Below are positions 1 through 28,224 of a stretch of DNA of 64,000 bases, piece after piece. The stretch covers positions 3,906,001 through 3,970,000 of the forward strand of contig CM022678.1 of assembly GCA_012295275.1 (NCBI GenBank), written 5' to 3'. The DNA is from Chrysomallon squamiferum (lineage: Eukaryota; Animalia; Mollusca). Positions within the stretch are counted from its first letter, which is position 1. Every line of letters starts with the position of its first letter. The position numbers were made by a program, and so were the translations under genes. The notes beneath the pieces were generated by a model. The model made no database searches and had not been told where the DNA came from. It saw only the letters and a program-made list of their open reading frames with translations.

Positions 1-721
1 TAAGTACATTCTTGGATGTTACCACTATGTTTCTGGTTGTTACAAAACTATTTTAAATGTGATATTTTGCTTGTTTTCAACTTTTTTCTTTTCAATAAAT
101 TGTTTAATGTTGCTGTCAGGTTTCTGGTTACTAGGAAATTATGCAAAGGTTTACTAGAGAGATGACATTTTTTATCACTTTTAGTTTATTTCTTTTAAAC
201 ATATCTTTTTAGTCTAGATATAAGATCACATTTGAAAGATATTTGTTTGTGCTTTTTCTGTTAGGTTTATAGAAACAAAATGTTTTGCGTAGTATGTTTA
301 TTTATTTACAAAATTACTTTTATTGATAATTAATTCGTATACAAGTAGTTAGTTTCTAATCAATGCATATGTATGGGAAGTGGGGAGAGAGAGAGTTAGT
401 TAATATGTGTATTTGTATGTGTGTATGTGTATTTATATGTGTGTGTGTGTATGTGTCTGTTTTATGTCTTTCTTCAGCACACTGGTGTGTTTGCGTTGAA
501 ATATTCAAAATGTAAAATCTTCTTGGCCACATTTTGTATAATTATCTCCCTTTGCACTGTTCTTCAGGTTTTGTCAAAAACTCCGGACCAGCTGTGTGAG
601 ATGTCGGACACAGTGTCACTCAACATAGAAGGAAAAGAAATTAAAACAGTCTAATTGTTATCTATTCAAATACATTTCCAGTATTTCTACCTGTCCATAT
701 TATCAGCTACACATAATATAG

Positions 722-764
<43 letters not shown>

Positions 765-949
765 TATTATTATATATGTTTTTGTTAAATTAATTATGAT
801 ACTATGCATTTGAAAGAAAATAATATTAATTTATAATTCTATGCAGTAAGAATGTAAGTGATGTAATTATCTTGCTATGCATTTGAAATCATTCTGTGTT
901 GCTCTTTCTTACTAAATTAAATCTTACTGTTAAATTATATTTATCAAAA

Positions 950-1255
950 CTTAATGCTACACTTAAGTTAAATTTTACAAAGTTAAATGCTATATTATGT
1001 TTTTTCATTTACACAGTTACATCCTACATTTCGGTTATGTTTATAAAGTAAATGCTTTGCTTTAGTTACATTTTTATAATTAAAGGCTACATTTTGATTA
1101 TATTTGTAGAGTAAAAGCTACCTCTTGGTTGCATTTATAAAATTAAATGCTTTAATTTAGTTAAATTTTTAAAATTAATTACCATCTTTTGGTTAAATTT
1201 AAGAAATTAAATGCTGCATTTCGATTACATTTATAAAATTAAATACTATATTAAA
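950..1255. repeat. Degenerate ~31-bp AT-rich minisatellite, roughly 9-10 copies
   Basis: Recurrent unit approximating TAAATGCTACATTTTGGTTACATTTATAAAAT. Confidence 0.6.
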
Positions 1256-2292
1256 TACCCTAAGACCTCCATTTAAAAAAAAAAAACTCATTTTACTATC
1301 CAACAGAGAAAGAATATTGTGGAACATTTCAGTAAGTTCACCAAGATCTTCCCTGGTTAGGTTTGAACCAGGATCCTTCCTTCGGCATGGAAGCCCAGTT
1401 ACAAAGGAAATGATAGGAAAATTTACATTATATATCAGTCTGAACATGAACAAAAATAACAAACATAATGGAATCTGGCATCATCATCATCATCTTCTTT
1501 TCTGTTCGACTCTTATAAAAGTTTATTTACTATTTGACAAGATTTTAAACCAACAACCTCAATGTAAGAACCCAGTGATGTAAAACAAAATAATAATAAT
1601 AATTAGCTACTAAATATAATTACATTCTTACTCATATAAGACAGCAGCCTTTCTTAACTTCTTTTTATAAAATCATCTCAGATTCCAGTCCCCATGACAA
1701 ACAAAGACACGAGAATGAACAGAAAATCTCTTCTCACACTTTTCAATGTGTGGCACCCTCCTAAGGACCAATACACTAATATTTATTTAATCAGAGCAAT
1801 CATTATACTGTATCCTCATGTTCAGTTTTGAATGAAGTGCCTAGATGAACTGAAATATCTGAAGTGTTTTTGATGATACATTAAAATTTGTCCATCATGT
1901 TTTTGCTCATTTCTAAGAGGGCTTTTTCTTCTTCTTTTTTTTTTTTTTTTTTTTTTTTTTATCAGTTGTTACCAGTAATAAAGTATACACTACAGCAATA
2001 AAGTAAGAGGCTTGTTGTTTACATAAGCATGGACCTTACTAATAGAGAAATAAATAATTGGATTGTATATGATACAGTAGTAAATGTTGATAAATGGTCT
2101 AATTACATTAAACACAAAGAACATATCTGGATCACAGCTTGATAACTTGTCTAACCACAAGAAAAAATAAATTGGTTTGGATCATGCAATGGCAGATGTC
2201 AGATTTAAGATTTAATAAAAAGTGACATTAATGGAGTATGATCAAATGTATTTACTTTTATTTCTATCTGATGCATTATCACTTACTTCTTG

Positions 2293-2336
<44 letters not shown>

Positions 2337-3319
2337 ACATACATAATTGATCTGCTATTATTAAGTTACAAAAACGTAACAAAACTTTATTGTATATACT
2401 GTGATAAATAATATGAGATATATAATAATTTATTTTGTGTCAAGTATGTACAAACACATACACACGCACACACATAAACATGGATATTAAAGAATAATTA
2501 TCTTTGAGTTTTGTTATTGTTGATGACATTATTCATTTATATGTGTATATATATGTTTCTCTAAAGTTAAAAACATTTGCTATTATTATTATTATTATGA
2601 TTATGATTATTATTATTATATCTCTGTTATCTTGTTAATGTATAAGATGAAACTATAATAAAACTGTATTGGGTTAGCAAAAGATGACACATCCTAAAAT
2701 CAGTTTGGATTTTAAAAATCAATTCTACTGCAACAAGCTACAAATTTCATTGTATTTATTTTATTTTATTATTTATTTTTTTAAGTTTTTTTATTTTTTT
2801 TTTTCTATACACTTCAAAGTTATCAGTTTGGGTTTTTTTATTTTCCTATTAGAATAATTAGTACTGAAAGGCTGGTATTTTGCTTTAGTACTTTTAACTC
2901 ACACTCATTAAAAAAAACAAAAAATCCTAATGTAACATATTTTGTCTATGTTATTATCTGTCTGTCTGTATATGCATTTTAATAATGCTTTTCTTAACCT
3001 TTATCCAGTCTTGACGGTGTGCCTTAACTGTTAATCAGTTTTGACATAAATATAATACGATATCAAATCACCAGCAGTACAGACGCACGTCTATACATAT
3101 AAACACATACTCGCATATATACATTGTTTATTCTTTATGTCACACGTTACTAGATACCCACATTTCATTGATACGTCAGTTTCAAACCGATGACTTTGAG
3201 TAATATTTATTTACAATATACTTTATTAAAGGAAATAACTGGTTACTGTCTTAAATAATCAGTTTTGTCCTGCGAAGGTGAGAATGACGAACTGCAGCGA
3301 GGCTCTGTATATAAACTGT

Positions 3320-3526
3320 TTCTCTCCGTGATATCGTTATCACTTTTTAGTAATTTTTTTACGGTTGACTACGACGTCATTGTGGTTTCTTAGTAATTTC
3401 TGTGACGTCATTTTCGTTTCTTTGTGATTTCGAATACTTTTCTCCATGACGTCATTATAGATTCTTAATTATTTCAAATAGTTGTCTCCGTGACGTCATC
3501 TTCGCTTCTTAGTAATTTCCTTGACG

Positions 3527-3530
<4 letters not shown>
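3320..3530. repeat. Degenerate 31-44 bp tandem repeat carrying TGACGTCA, in the FReD 3' UTR
   Basis: (T/C)GACGTCA at ~3372, 3403, 3447, 3491 and 3522, mostly followed by TTCTTAGTAATTT-like text; the last copy contains the stop codon. Confidence 0.7.
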
Positions 3531-7576
<4,046 letters not shown>

Positions 7577-8498
7577 GCTGGGCCTGTTAAAACGTAAGCG
7601 AAAAACCAAAAATATAAAATATTTTAAGATTTTTGAGATCGGATTTTTCGTCCCAAAAATTTGCTGAAGATTAAAGCGTAAAAAAAAAAAAAAATGTTCG
7701 AGAAACTTCGGAAGTGTCCGAAATATCTATGCTCAGTTAAAACATTCAAAAAGTTTCGAAAACATGTTGTATCCATTGAAATATTTCTTAAAGATTTAAA
7801 TTCCAACAGTTTAAGATATTTTAAATTGTGGAAAATATTTTTATTCCTTAAAGCATTAGTTTAAAATGAAAAATACAATAGCTAAACATCGTAACTGTCC
7901 AGAATATATTAAAGTCCATTAAGATAACACTTTTTTTAAACTAAAAGACAAAATGCTTCTAAATTATACTTTTGCGCATTAAAACATATCGTGAGGTCCC
8001 AAAGATAACTATTCGAACAACACGTCAGAACCAGATACTTCTAAATTATATTCTGGTTTCACAGAAACATTTCCTCAATATCAAGATTCCATCCAAAAGA
8101 ACAAGAAAGGTCACACGTTTCAAGAACATTCTGTGTCCATCAAAACATTTTTTGAAAAGAGAGTGAGAAAAAAAAAAAAAAAAAAAAAAACACATCAAGA
8201 AAAAAACCCCTTAAGAAGCAGAATACTTCCTAATTGCATTTATGAAAAGATTTGCTATGTGTTTGTTAATATTTATTTTATTTTTTTAAATGTCCTTAAA
8301 ATGTTTTGTGTAAACGTGTCCGAGAACTAGCGCACGTCAATCAAAATAAAATAAAAAATAAAAAGAAGGAAAAATAAAAGTAAGTAAAAACTGTATTGAT
8401 ATATTCACAGAACTATATATATATATCACAACGATGAGAGAATATCGATTATTGGTTTCATGATAACAGTACGAATATGTACATATATTTATGTGTAA

Positions 8499-8545
<47 letters not shown>

Positions 8546-9189
8546 GAGAAATTGATGTATTCTTTATAAACACCTTTAACATTATCTTGTCAACTGAATC
8601 ATTATAATCAATACAGACCACAAATGATTCTTAGGCTGTTACTGTATATTTCTGGCTATTAATTGTTCTGATGTTGATAAATACAAAAAATAACAATGTA
8701 CTCAAGTAGTTCTGAGTTTTGTGAAAGCGCGTTCCTTGTATGACGTTATGCTAAACATGAAATATTAATCGTGTTATGGTATGACGTTATATTCAGCGTA
8801 TTAACTTTTGTGACGTTATGGTAACTGTTTTCATATAACTTTATGTTAATCCCGTTAATAGTATGACGTAATACAAATAGTTTTCATAAAATGACGATGT
8901 GTTAATCGTATTCAGAGAAACATTAAACTAATCGTATTCATTATATAAAAGAAAGAATGAATGAACGACAGAAAGAAAAAGAAAAAAGGAAGAGAAAGAA
9001 CGGAGAGAAACAGCGAAGGAGGGACAGAGATAAAGAAAGAGTCAGAATGAGAATGAAAGAAAGAAAGATAAATATAAAGAAAAACAACAACAACAACAAC
9101 AACAAAAAACAAGAAAAAACGGAGAAATAATATATTGCATAATGCCCACTGAGACCAAACTTCAATAACCTTGAACCAGTTTTACGGAG

Positions 9190-9355
9190 ACACGTTTAAA
9201 CAACGGACTATTTTGTCTCGGGTGTGTATCGAGTTGTTCGTACGTCTGCTTAAAGCTCGCGCGCGCATCGCTTATTTACCTCTGTCACCTTATCGAGCAA
9301 GCGTTCAGTTTTACAACTTCGTCTTTTAAATTCATTTATTTCAGTTGAAACAACA
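9190..9355 (+). promoter_or_regulatory. Putative TTC38 promoter / 5' UTR (CpG-rich patch) within the head-to-head FReD-TTC38 intergenic region
   Basis: Local CpG enrichment (GCTCGCGCGCGCATCGC, two TATCGAG) immediately upstream of ATG 9356. Assignment is inferred from position. Confidence 0.45.
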
Positions 9356-19009
<9,654 letters not shown>

Positions 19010-22000
19010 GGAAAACAAGGATGAAAACCAGTCGTCAATAAATAATAATAATAATAATAATAATGGTAATAATAATAGAAGCCTTGATGACGTCGACGAT
19101 TTTGAAACGAAAGAAATAAAAGAAATTTTATAGCCACGAATACAAAAAAAAAAATTGAAGTTTTGATGATTATGATGATGATGAAGACGATTATTGTGAA
19201 AAGAACAAAATAGAAGTTGCAATGACGACGGAGAACGAGAAGTGTTAGTTAAGAGTTATCTCCCTTGCACTGACAATCTTATAGAAACGCTTTAGCTATG
19301 AAATATTGCTGTATTATTGTAATTATTACATAGATGTTATATGGCTGTAATTTTTTATGGCATTGGTTAAACAGAAAATAATAATAATAATGATAATAAT
19401 AATAATAATAATAATAATAATTTTAACAAAGATAAGAATTAATACAAACAACAGCAAAACGACGACAACATGAAAGATCACAACGTTGAACAAGCTTGGC
19501 TGTTGACAAACATGTATAGCATGTTAGTCTCTTTGTGATCCAGGTTAATTAAATACTAATAATTTCTCAGAAATAATGTTGTTTTTTTATTCAAAGACAA
19601 ATATTCAAACTGATTTTCTGTTTTAAAGAGATTCGGTAACACCACGCTTTTTAATGAATCAATCGAGAGCTACTGGTTGGAACTGGAAATAGCAGAATTT
19701 TTGCACTAAAAGGACTTGAGCATGGGAATAGTTTATATCTTAAGCGAGCGACTGCTCTAACCACTGTTCCGTTATGTTGACTATTCGTAGTCTAAATTTA
19801 CTTGATGAGAGCGAAAAATGTTAACTCCTACAAAAGAAACGCGTGAATGTAAATTTGTTTTAACGGATCAATATAGACTCGTTTCAAGTCAAACAAGACA
19901 GGACTGCGAAGTCTACATTGTCCCTTCCGTATTTGTAAAAGTGTTTGTCACATCCGCGAAGATTCCACAGCCTGAAAATAAATGATTAGAACTGATGTTT
20001 AAATTCGGTTATCTCTCTCATTGTCAGTGTCTCTATCATTCTCTCGTTGTCTGCCTCTCTCTCTCTGTCTCTCTTTGTGTCTGTCTCTTTCTCTTCTCTC
20101 TTAGCTTTCTTTGTATTTCTTAGTCTTTCTGTCTCTATCCCTGTCTCTCTCTCTGTCTCTGTTTATCTCTCTCTCTGTCTCGCCACACTATTTCACGTAT
20201 ATTTTGTCCAAATAACCTCTATCATGAATAACAGATTTTAAATTTGTATAATGAACTGTAGATTTATTCACATTAAAATTTATATCGTTTATACCAAACT
20301 TGATTTTGTTGTACTGCTTTTACAACAGATTTGTCATCATCATCATCATTGTCGACCAGAAACTGAGAATGTTACATGCATTCATTACTTACTGTGTTAT
20401 TAATTCTAATTTAATTATGATAAATAACAAGTAATGAGTAACAGTAACATATGCCTTTAAAATGCACACATGCATAGATAGACTGACACGCACACACATA
20501 CGCATTCTTTCATACACTCACACACACAATTGCACATATACAGACACACACACCACATACTTGTAAACACACATATATATATATTACACGTACTATGGAT
20601 ACATCTTTTCTATAGTTATTTGAATAATTTACGTTATCGACATTGTTCTTGTTTATTCATGTTATCTCTTCATCGCGTAAACAGACTCTAGTTATTTATA
20701 CTAATTCTCTGTGGTGTACAGCAAATAAACAGTGTATAGAATTACAGAGACTAACACACGCACACACAGTATTGTATTACAAACTGTACACTTACAGTTT
20801 CGTTTTTAATTGTCTTTATCACATATATCAAACAGTATATTTATTAATACATAAAACACATGGGTATATATATATATATATATATATAGATATAGAGAGA
20901 GAGAGATACATATACAGATATACATACATACATACATATATATTTATGTGTGTGTATATATATATATATATATAAACACATATACATCATATATACATAT
21001 ATATTATTCTGTCGTGGGCAACATATTGTATATTAATCTAAATTTGTTCTGTGTGAACTAACAATATGTGGATTCTTTCTCTAAAGCTTATCCAACAAAA
21101 CAACATAGAAAATTAACACAGTTATTTTGTCTACACGCAAAGGACTAAGTCAATAACAAAAAAAAAAAAAATAACACCAACGGGATTCGTCAACAGATTC
21201 CACAAACAATTAACTGATGTCAAATACGAACTGGGCGGGCGATTCGGACGAGAAAAAGAAAAAAAAAAACAAATACAAAAAAATTCAATTTGGCGTCCAC
21301 CATTTTATATTTACCTAAAATGTGTTTTGTTATGTACGTGTTAACAACGAATCGACCGTTTGACGCTCAGATTGGTTCACGCGATATTTTCACGGCTTAC
21401 GTTTCAACATCCATCGGCGTCGGAAATCGCCGAGTGATCGCGTATATTAGCTGTCGCAGCAAACGAAAAACAAACAACATCAGGTAAAGGTTATCAAGCC
21501 AGGTGATGTGTGATACACGTGACCTGTGACATCACGGTGCGTGGTGTGCGACGTCAGATCGATTTGTTGTATTGATTTTCGGGGTGTTGTGCAGAAATAG
21601 ATGGAAATGAAAAAAAAAAAAGATAAAAAAAAAAAAAAAAAATGATGGAGGTTGCGCTACGCTATTGTCCGGAGACCAGTCAACTGTTTTAATTCGAGTG
21701 TCGCAATACTGGACAGGCCTGAATTTAAATCGGGACTGTGTTTTGATCTGGGATGAATGATTAGCGCAAAGGTAATGTTTTATTAATTTCTAACATGTGA
21801 TATGTGATATATGTGTTTGTATCTTGTTGCATGTGAGAGTGTTATATATATATATATATATAGATAGATAGATAGATAGATATGTATTTATGTATGTACA
21901 CATACATAGATAAACAGATTTTATTTCTTTTTTTTTTTCATTTTTTTTTGTTCTTGATAAAATATTTACGTTTCATATATATGAGTTTTTGTATATATAT

Positions 22001-22618
22001 TTGTGTGTGTGTGTGTGTGTGTGTGTGCGTATGTGTGTCTGTGTGTGTGTTTTAAACCTTTATTTTAATTGAAAGCTACATTAGTGGAACACATACGCCA
22101 ACAGTAATTATATAATTTGAATGCATTTGTATATGATGTGTTTTGCGCATGTGAGTGCTTTTATGCCAGTCGGAAGGTATCTGTAAAATAACTCTCACTG
22201 TTAAAATATATAATTATCCCATGTCAAAAGCGGGTTTCTTCTCTAGCATATTCTTTTTTTATCAAGATAGGTTCTGTCTTCATCCATTTTTTCTTTCCAT
22301 TCTTCATTCATTCATTCTGTCATTTTTTTCATTCGTTCATTCTATTTCTTCATTATTATTTTTGTGTGTGTGTGTGCTGTTGATAATGATGCCATCGTCA
22401 ACGACTTTACGTCATTTGTTATCTACACGTATGTTCGTTATTACATTAAATAATAATAAGATTTCATCAAATGAAAACCAGGCCAAGCTACATCTGGGAC
22501 AAACGTTGCGTGTTGCTTACAGGATCGATAATGTAACAACTTATAAATTATTAAAATGGCCTCAGTAAGGACACAGAGCATAATATGTAAATATATATAT
22601 ATATATATATATATGTGT

Positions 22619-22661
<43 letters not shown>

Positions 22662-23700
22662 AAAGTGTATACATTGCACAAATCGGTTCTTAGTCAGATC
22701 ATTGAAAAATATCATAAAATTTTGTTAAACATTAAATACATGAAACTTCCTAGATGATTGTGAAGATGATCATGATGATGACAATAAGAATTACAAACTA
22801 CGTCACCAATAGTATCTCTGCTGCTGCCTCTACATCAACAACAACGACAACTGTTAGCACTGCTGCCAGTTCTACTTGCATTATTACTTCTATTCTACTG
22901 CTACTACTTATATTAGTACTACTACCATTACCACTACCACTGCTGCCATTACACTATTTAAAATAATAATAATAATAAGAAGAAGAAGAAAAAGAAGAAG
23001 AAATAAATAAATAAAGAATAATAATAATTATAATAATAATAATAATAATAATAATAACGACAATAAGAAGAAGAAGAAGAAGAAATAATTAATTAATTAA
23101 ATAAATAAATAAAGAATAATAATAATGATAATAATAATGATAATAATAATAACAGTAAAAATAATAATAATTAATAAATAAACAAACAAACAAACAAACA
23201 AACAAACCAACAAACAAACACTCACAAAAAAAATAATAATAATACAGAAATCAAACGATAAATATAAGAAGCCAAAAAAAAAACCAAACGTGTACATAAA
23301 TGTATTTCATGGTAAAGAGAAAATAAAAGGTATTGTAACAGGTCACCCGTGACTTGTTGTGAGGCTAAGTGGCGCCAGTGGATGAATAATAAATACCCTG
23401 GGGAAACAATACAATCTTTTATCTTAATACAACATGTACAGACACTTGAGTGCGCCTGTGCGTGTGCGTGTGACCTTGTCTTTGTTTTATCAGCGTGTAG
23501 AGATGTTTGCGTTCCGTGTGTTAGATTGCGTGTGTTTGTGGTTGTGTATAAGTTTCATAAATAAATTAATATCTGCTTGCATACATAGATACATATATAT
23601 ATATATATAACACATACACACACATTCGTATACACAAACGTATATACGTACGTAGTAGTACTACATACATAACTCATACCTACCTATCTGCCTACATACC

Positions 23701-23736
<36 letters not shown>

Positions 23737-24436
23737 CACACACGTTCATTATTCATATATACATGCATACAAACAAACATTATATATATATACATATATA
23801 CATAAAAATAGCGTGTAATCTAATAGCGTTTGTTTATAGAAATAGACCATCTGTATATACATTATATGTGACGTTACAAAATTAAATAACATTTCATGCA
23901 CACAAACAAAAAGTGAAACTGACGTAATAACTAAATATAGGACCGATAAGTTATATCAGAGGAAAATTCCCGAATCGAATGTCCGTACAGTTACTTTCTA
24001 TAAATAGCACTGATTAATCCCATAAAAAAAATATGATGCAATTAGAAATCGTGTCAAGAATTACTTAGATTTATTTTAATAGGAGCAGCTTATAACTGTT
24101 TGGATATACCCGTTTGTTTATACCCGAACGCGCTACCTATGTACATACGCACAAACACGCGTTACTATTTACGTACAAACATAAAGATTTACAGTTTTAG
24201 TTAATTTCGTGTTGTTATAACTATAGTGTAAAAAAAAAATAATAATAATAATAACAAACTGTCATGGATGCATTACTGTTATTTATATTATTATCATCAT
24301 CATCAACATCATTATTATTATTTCTTTTCAAAAATACGTACGTACGTACGTACGTATATATATATATATATATATATGTATGCATGCACGTGTGTGTGTG
24401 TATTTATTTATGAAAAGAAATAACAATAATAATAAT

Positions 24437-24478
<42 letters not shown>

Positions 24479-25714
24479 AATAATAATAATAATATTAACA
24501 GCAATAATAATAATAATAATAATAATAACAACATATCTCACAGTATGTGTTAACAAAAGCCTAAATAAAGTCATCGGTCAGGATATTTTTGTTAAATCGT
24601 TTGGCTTTATTGAGCTGTCAATAACTGCGCCATTTATCACAGCCTGTATCCGGATAAACAGCGAACACCCGGAACGTGTACGTGACCTGAGAATAAACAG
24701 TTTGATAAATCACAGGATCGGCTGCGTTGCTATTTAGTAATGTGTATTCGTGGTGTTTCCATTTTGTCGTTACTGGTGATTTAAAGAATATACATACCTA
24801 TATAAAATAAAATAAAATAATATAATATACTATAATATAATATAATATAATATAATATATACACACACACACATACGTACACACGCACACGCACTTATTT
24901 GCCCTGAGAGTCTTTTGCATTCGTTTTGTTACTCATCATTATCTTCGTATTCATTTTATTCATTATCCAAATCAGCACGTTCATTATTATCACATTCATC
25001 ATGTCCTTCATCAACATTGCAAATCATCTCGTTCTTCGTCATTATATTTTTCTTCTTCTTCTTTGGATCATCATCATGATTATCATTATGTGTCGTCATT
25101 AAAAAAAAAATTATTTTCTTTTTTTTGTGATCATCTTCTCTTCATACTTATTTTTGTTCTCTTTTCCTTATGTTTCATCATTATCGTCATTTTCTCGTCA
25201 TTCAAAATAACGTCATCATTATTTTTTCTTCTGTTTCATCGTCATCATCATCATCATCATCATCACTATCCTCATTATATTTCTTTTCTTCGCCGTGATG
25301 AAGGATATATAAAACACAAACCAGCAGTGTTTAAAGTATATTCTTATTTTTGATCAACCTCATCGTCATCATCATCTTCATCATCTTCGACATCCAACAT
25401 CATCAGCATCATCATCATCATCATCATCGTCGTCATCAACAGCATCGTCATTCTTTCCCTATGTCTTCATTTGGGGGGGGGTTCAAACCAGAAGTAAAAT
25501 TTTCAAAATTTCAGTTTTAAATAAAGATAAAAAATGTTGTTTGTTCAGATAGCTTTCTTACATACATATGTCATCTTCTGTACTGGTTACATTACATTGT
25601 GTTTGTATGAACGTCCTTCACTCCTGTAGTTTTACGAGAGAAATGATATCTGTTAAAAATGATGATAGAACAAAAACACGTCGTTTTAACTACGCGTGTG
25701 TATGTGCCTGTAGT

Positions 25715-25777
25715 CGCAGCAGCAGTAACAGCAGCAGTGGTAGTGGTAGTGGTAGTAGTAGTAGTAGTAGTAGTAGT

Positions 25778-25829
<52 letters not shown>

Positions 25830-25919
25830 ACAGCAGCAGTGGTAGTAGTAGTAGTAGTAGTTAGAAATGGAAGTGATGACAGTAGTTAGTAGTAATTGTA
25901 ATGCTGCAGCAGCAATAGC

Positions 25920-25951
<32 letters not shown>

Positions 25952-25955
25952 CAGC

Positions 25956-26008
<53 letters not shown>

Positions 26009-26012
26009 CAGC

Positions 26013-26049
<37 letters not shown>

Positions 26050-26130
26050 ACAGTGGTGATGGTAGTAATGGTAGTGATGGTGAAAGTGGTAGTAGTTGTA
26101 ATGTTAGTAGCAACAGTGATAGTGATGGTG
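25715..26130. repeat. (GTA/GCA)n trinucleotide microsatellite block
   Basis: Direct observation; source of the poly-V/S/T/L ORFs in the track. Confidence 0.95.
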
Positions 26131-26810
26131 TAGCTGTAGCAGTAATTGTAGAAATAACTGTCGTGATGCTTGTAGTAGAAAAAAATTATGGTTGTGTTTG
26201 TAGTAATAGTCATAGTCATAGTAGTAGGAGAAATAGTAAGTACAGTAGACGTAATTGTGGTTAGTGCTTGTAATAACAGTAACGGCAAAGCATCAATAGT
26301 AGTTGTAGTGAATTTCTCAAAAGCGTTCTTTGACCCCAACATTCGTCAAGCAAAGTTATTCACCGTGATCTTCAAACTCGTTTCTAACTCAGGCCCTCAC
26401 CAAACTTTAGCCTCGTCCCTGAAATCTGATGCCAACATGGCCGATCTGAGGTGTCCTCTAAACGCCGGCTTTTGACACTTCCAATAAGACGTTACACGGA
26501 AGGTCGCGTCAAAAATCAGGAAATAGTATGATGAATGGTTTTAAACAATGTAACGGTGTTCTTTGCCCGAAGGACTGACAATACATATATCACAGAGAGA
26601 AAAAAAGAACAAACAAATAGAGACAAAAAAAATAATAATAATAATAATAAAAAATAAAAAATAAAAACAAATAAGAAAAAAAGAAGGAAAAAAAGAAAAA
26701 TAATAGGCTTGTTCTTAAACATTTGAAAAAAGTAAGAAAGAAAGAATGAATGAATGAATGAATGAATAAATTCAATAAAATAAATAAATAAATAAATATA
26801 TAAATAAATG

Positions 26811-26995
26811 AAGTAATACCATATATCTTTAAAATAAGTAAATAAATAAGAAAACAAACAACAAGAACATACAATAATTTTCAGATAAATAAATAAATGA
26901 ATAAATAAATAAATAAGTAATACCATATATCTTTAAAATAAGTCAATAAATAAGAAAACAAACAACAAGAACATACATTAATTTTCAAATAAATA
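26811..26995. repeat. Tandem duplication of a ~100-bp AT-rich unit (2 copies)
   Basis: AAGTAATACCATATATCTTTAAAATAAGT-AATAAATAAGAAAACAAACAACAAGAACATACA occurs at ~26811 and ~26915. Confidence 0.8.
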
Positions 26996-27419
26996 AACAA
27001 ATAAACAAAAGACAAACACGTTACCTGTATTTTATGGAAGGAGATGACCACTGGCTATCATCGCCGTTTGATTCTACGGACACCTCTGTAGATTAACAGT
27101 CACGCCTTTTCGTCAATCCGTAAAACAAATACTGAATTTCCGCTTGAAACGTTTCTCAGTCACCTGTGACAAATTGTGCAATGATGTTTTGTAATTGGTA
27201 ATAAACTGACACCTTTGTACCAGGTAAATATTTCGTCGGCCTAACAGAGAATTTGTTGTATTTTTGTTTTGTTTTGTTTGATCTTGTATTTCCACATTCC
27301 GTAAATTTCCTTGAGAGAATATAACTCCGTACACCTGTTGTTATTGTGTGTGTGTGTGTGTGCATAATTATGTGTGCGTGTCTGTGAATGAGTAATGTAT
27401 TTGTGTATATTTGTGTGCC

Positions 27420-27565
27420 TAGATATGAGTGTGTGTATGTGTGCGCGTGTGTGTGCGTATATATTGTTCATTGTATGTATACGTTTGTGTGTCTAGATAT
27501 GAGTGTGTGTATGTGTGCGCGTGTGTGTGCGTATATATTGTTCATTGTATGTATACGTTTGTGTA
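27420..27565. repeat. Tandem duplication of a ~75-bp GT-rich unit (2 copies)
   Basis: TAGATATGAGTGTGTGTATGTGTGCGCGTGTGTGTGCGTATATATTGTTCATTGTATGTATACGTTTGTGT repeated at ~27420 and ~27494. Confidence 0.8.
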
Positions 27566-28163
27566 TGTCTGTACTTGTATTTATATGTGTATTTGTGTGG
27601 ATTAGTGTGTTTATGGGGTTGTGTATGTGTGTGTGTATGTATGTGTGTGTGTCTGTCTGTCTGTATGTTTGTGTGTATATATGCATGGAATCCATCTTCG
27701 TCAGTGGGCCCTTCAAATTGTTCTTCTTCATGCCATTGTTTTTACAACTAGTCAATAAATACCATGGTATATATTATTTTACTGTTGGACCGTGATTCTA
27801 AAACATCCCTTAATTCTAAATAGTAATAATAATAATAATAACAATAACAATAACAATAATAAAAATCCTGGTACACTGCATTTCAAAATTTCCTCTTTTT
27901 TTTATTTTGTGTTTGATACTTTAACATGCAGAGAAAACTATGTAACCAGCTGTTACTTAAATACAAATAAAAAGAAATTAAAAAAAAACAACATTATTTC
28001 AAATTTTGATCGATCGAGTAATTTGAACAAAACCTTCAAACAGCTTTATCAACAAAAAAAAAAAAAAAAAAAAGTTTTAAATAAACATAATAAAATTCTG
28101 AAAATAAAATTCTATAAAAAAGACAATAATAACAATAACAATAACAACAACAACAACAACAAC

Positions 28164-28224
<61 letters not shown>

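Noticed and set aside
1340-1400. Possible tRNA genes at B-box motifs (~1360, 4849, 44429, 52692)
   Set aside because: No acceptor/anticodon stems forming a cloverleaf could be built; at best SINE heads.
26295-26475. VVVNFSKAFFD resembles the LINE reverse-transcriptase motif DFSKAFD
   Set aside because: The first Asp is absent, spacing is off, and no downstream RT motifs (GVPQG, YADD) are visible in any frame; likely chance.
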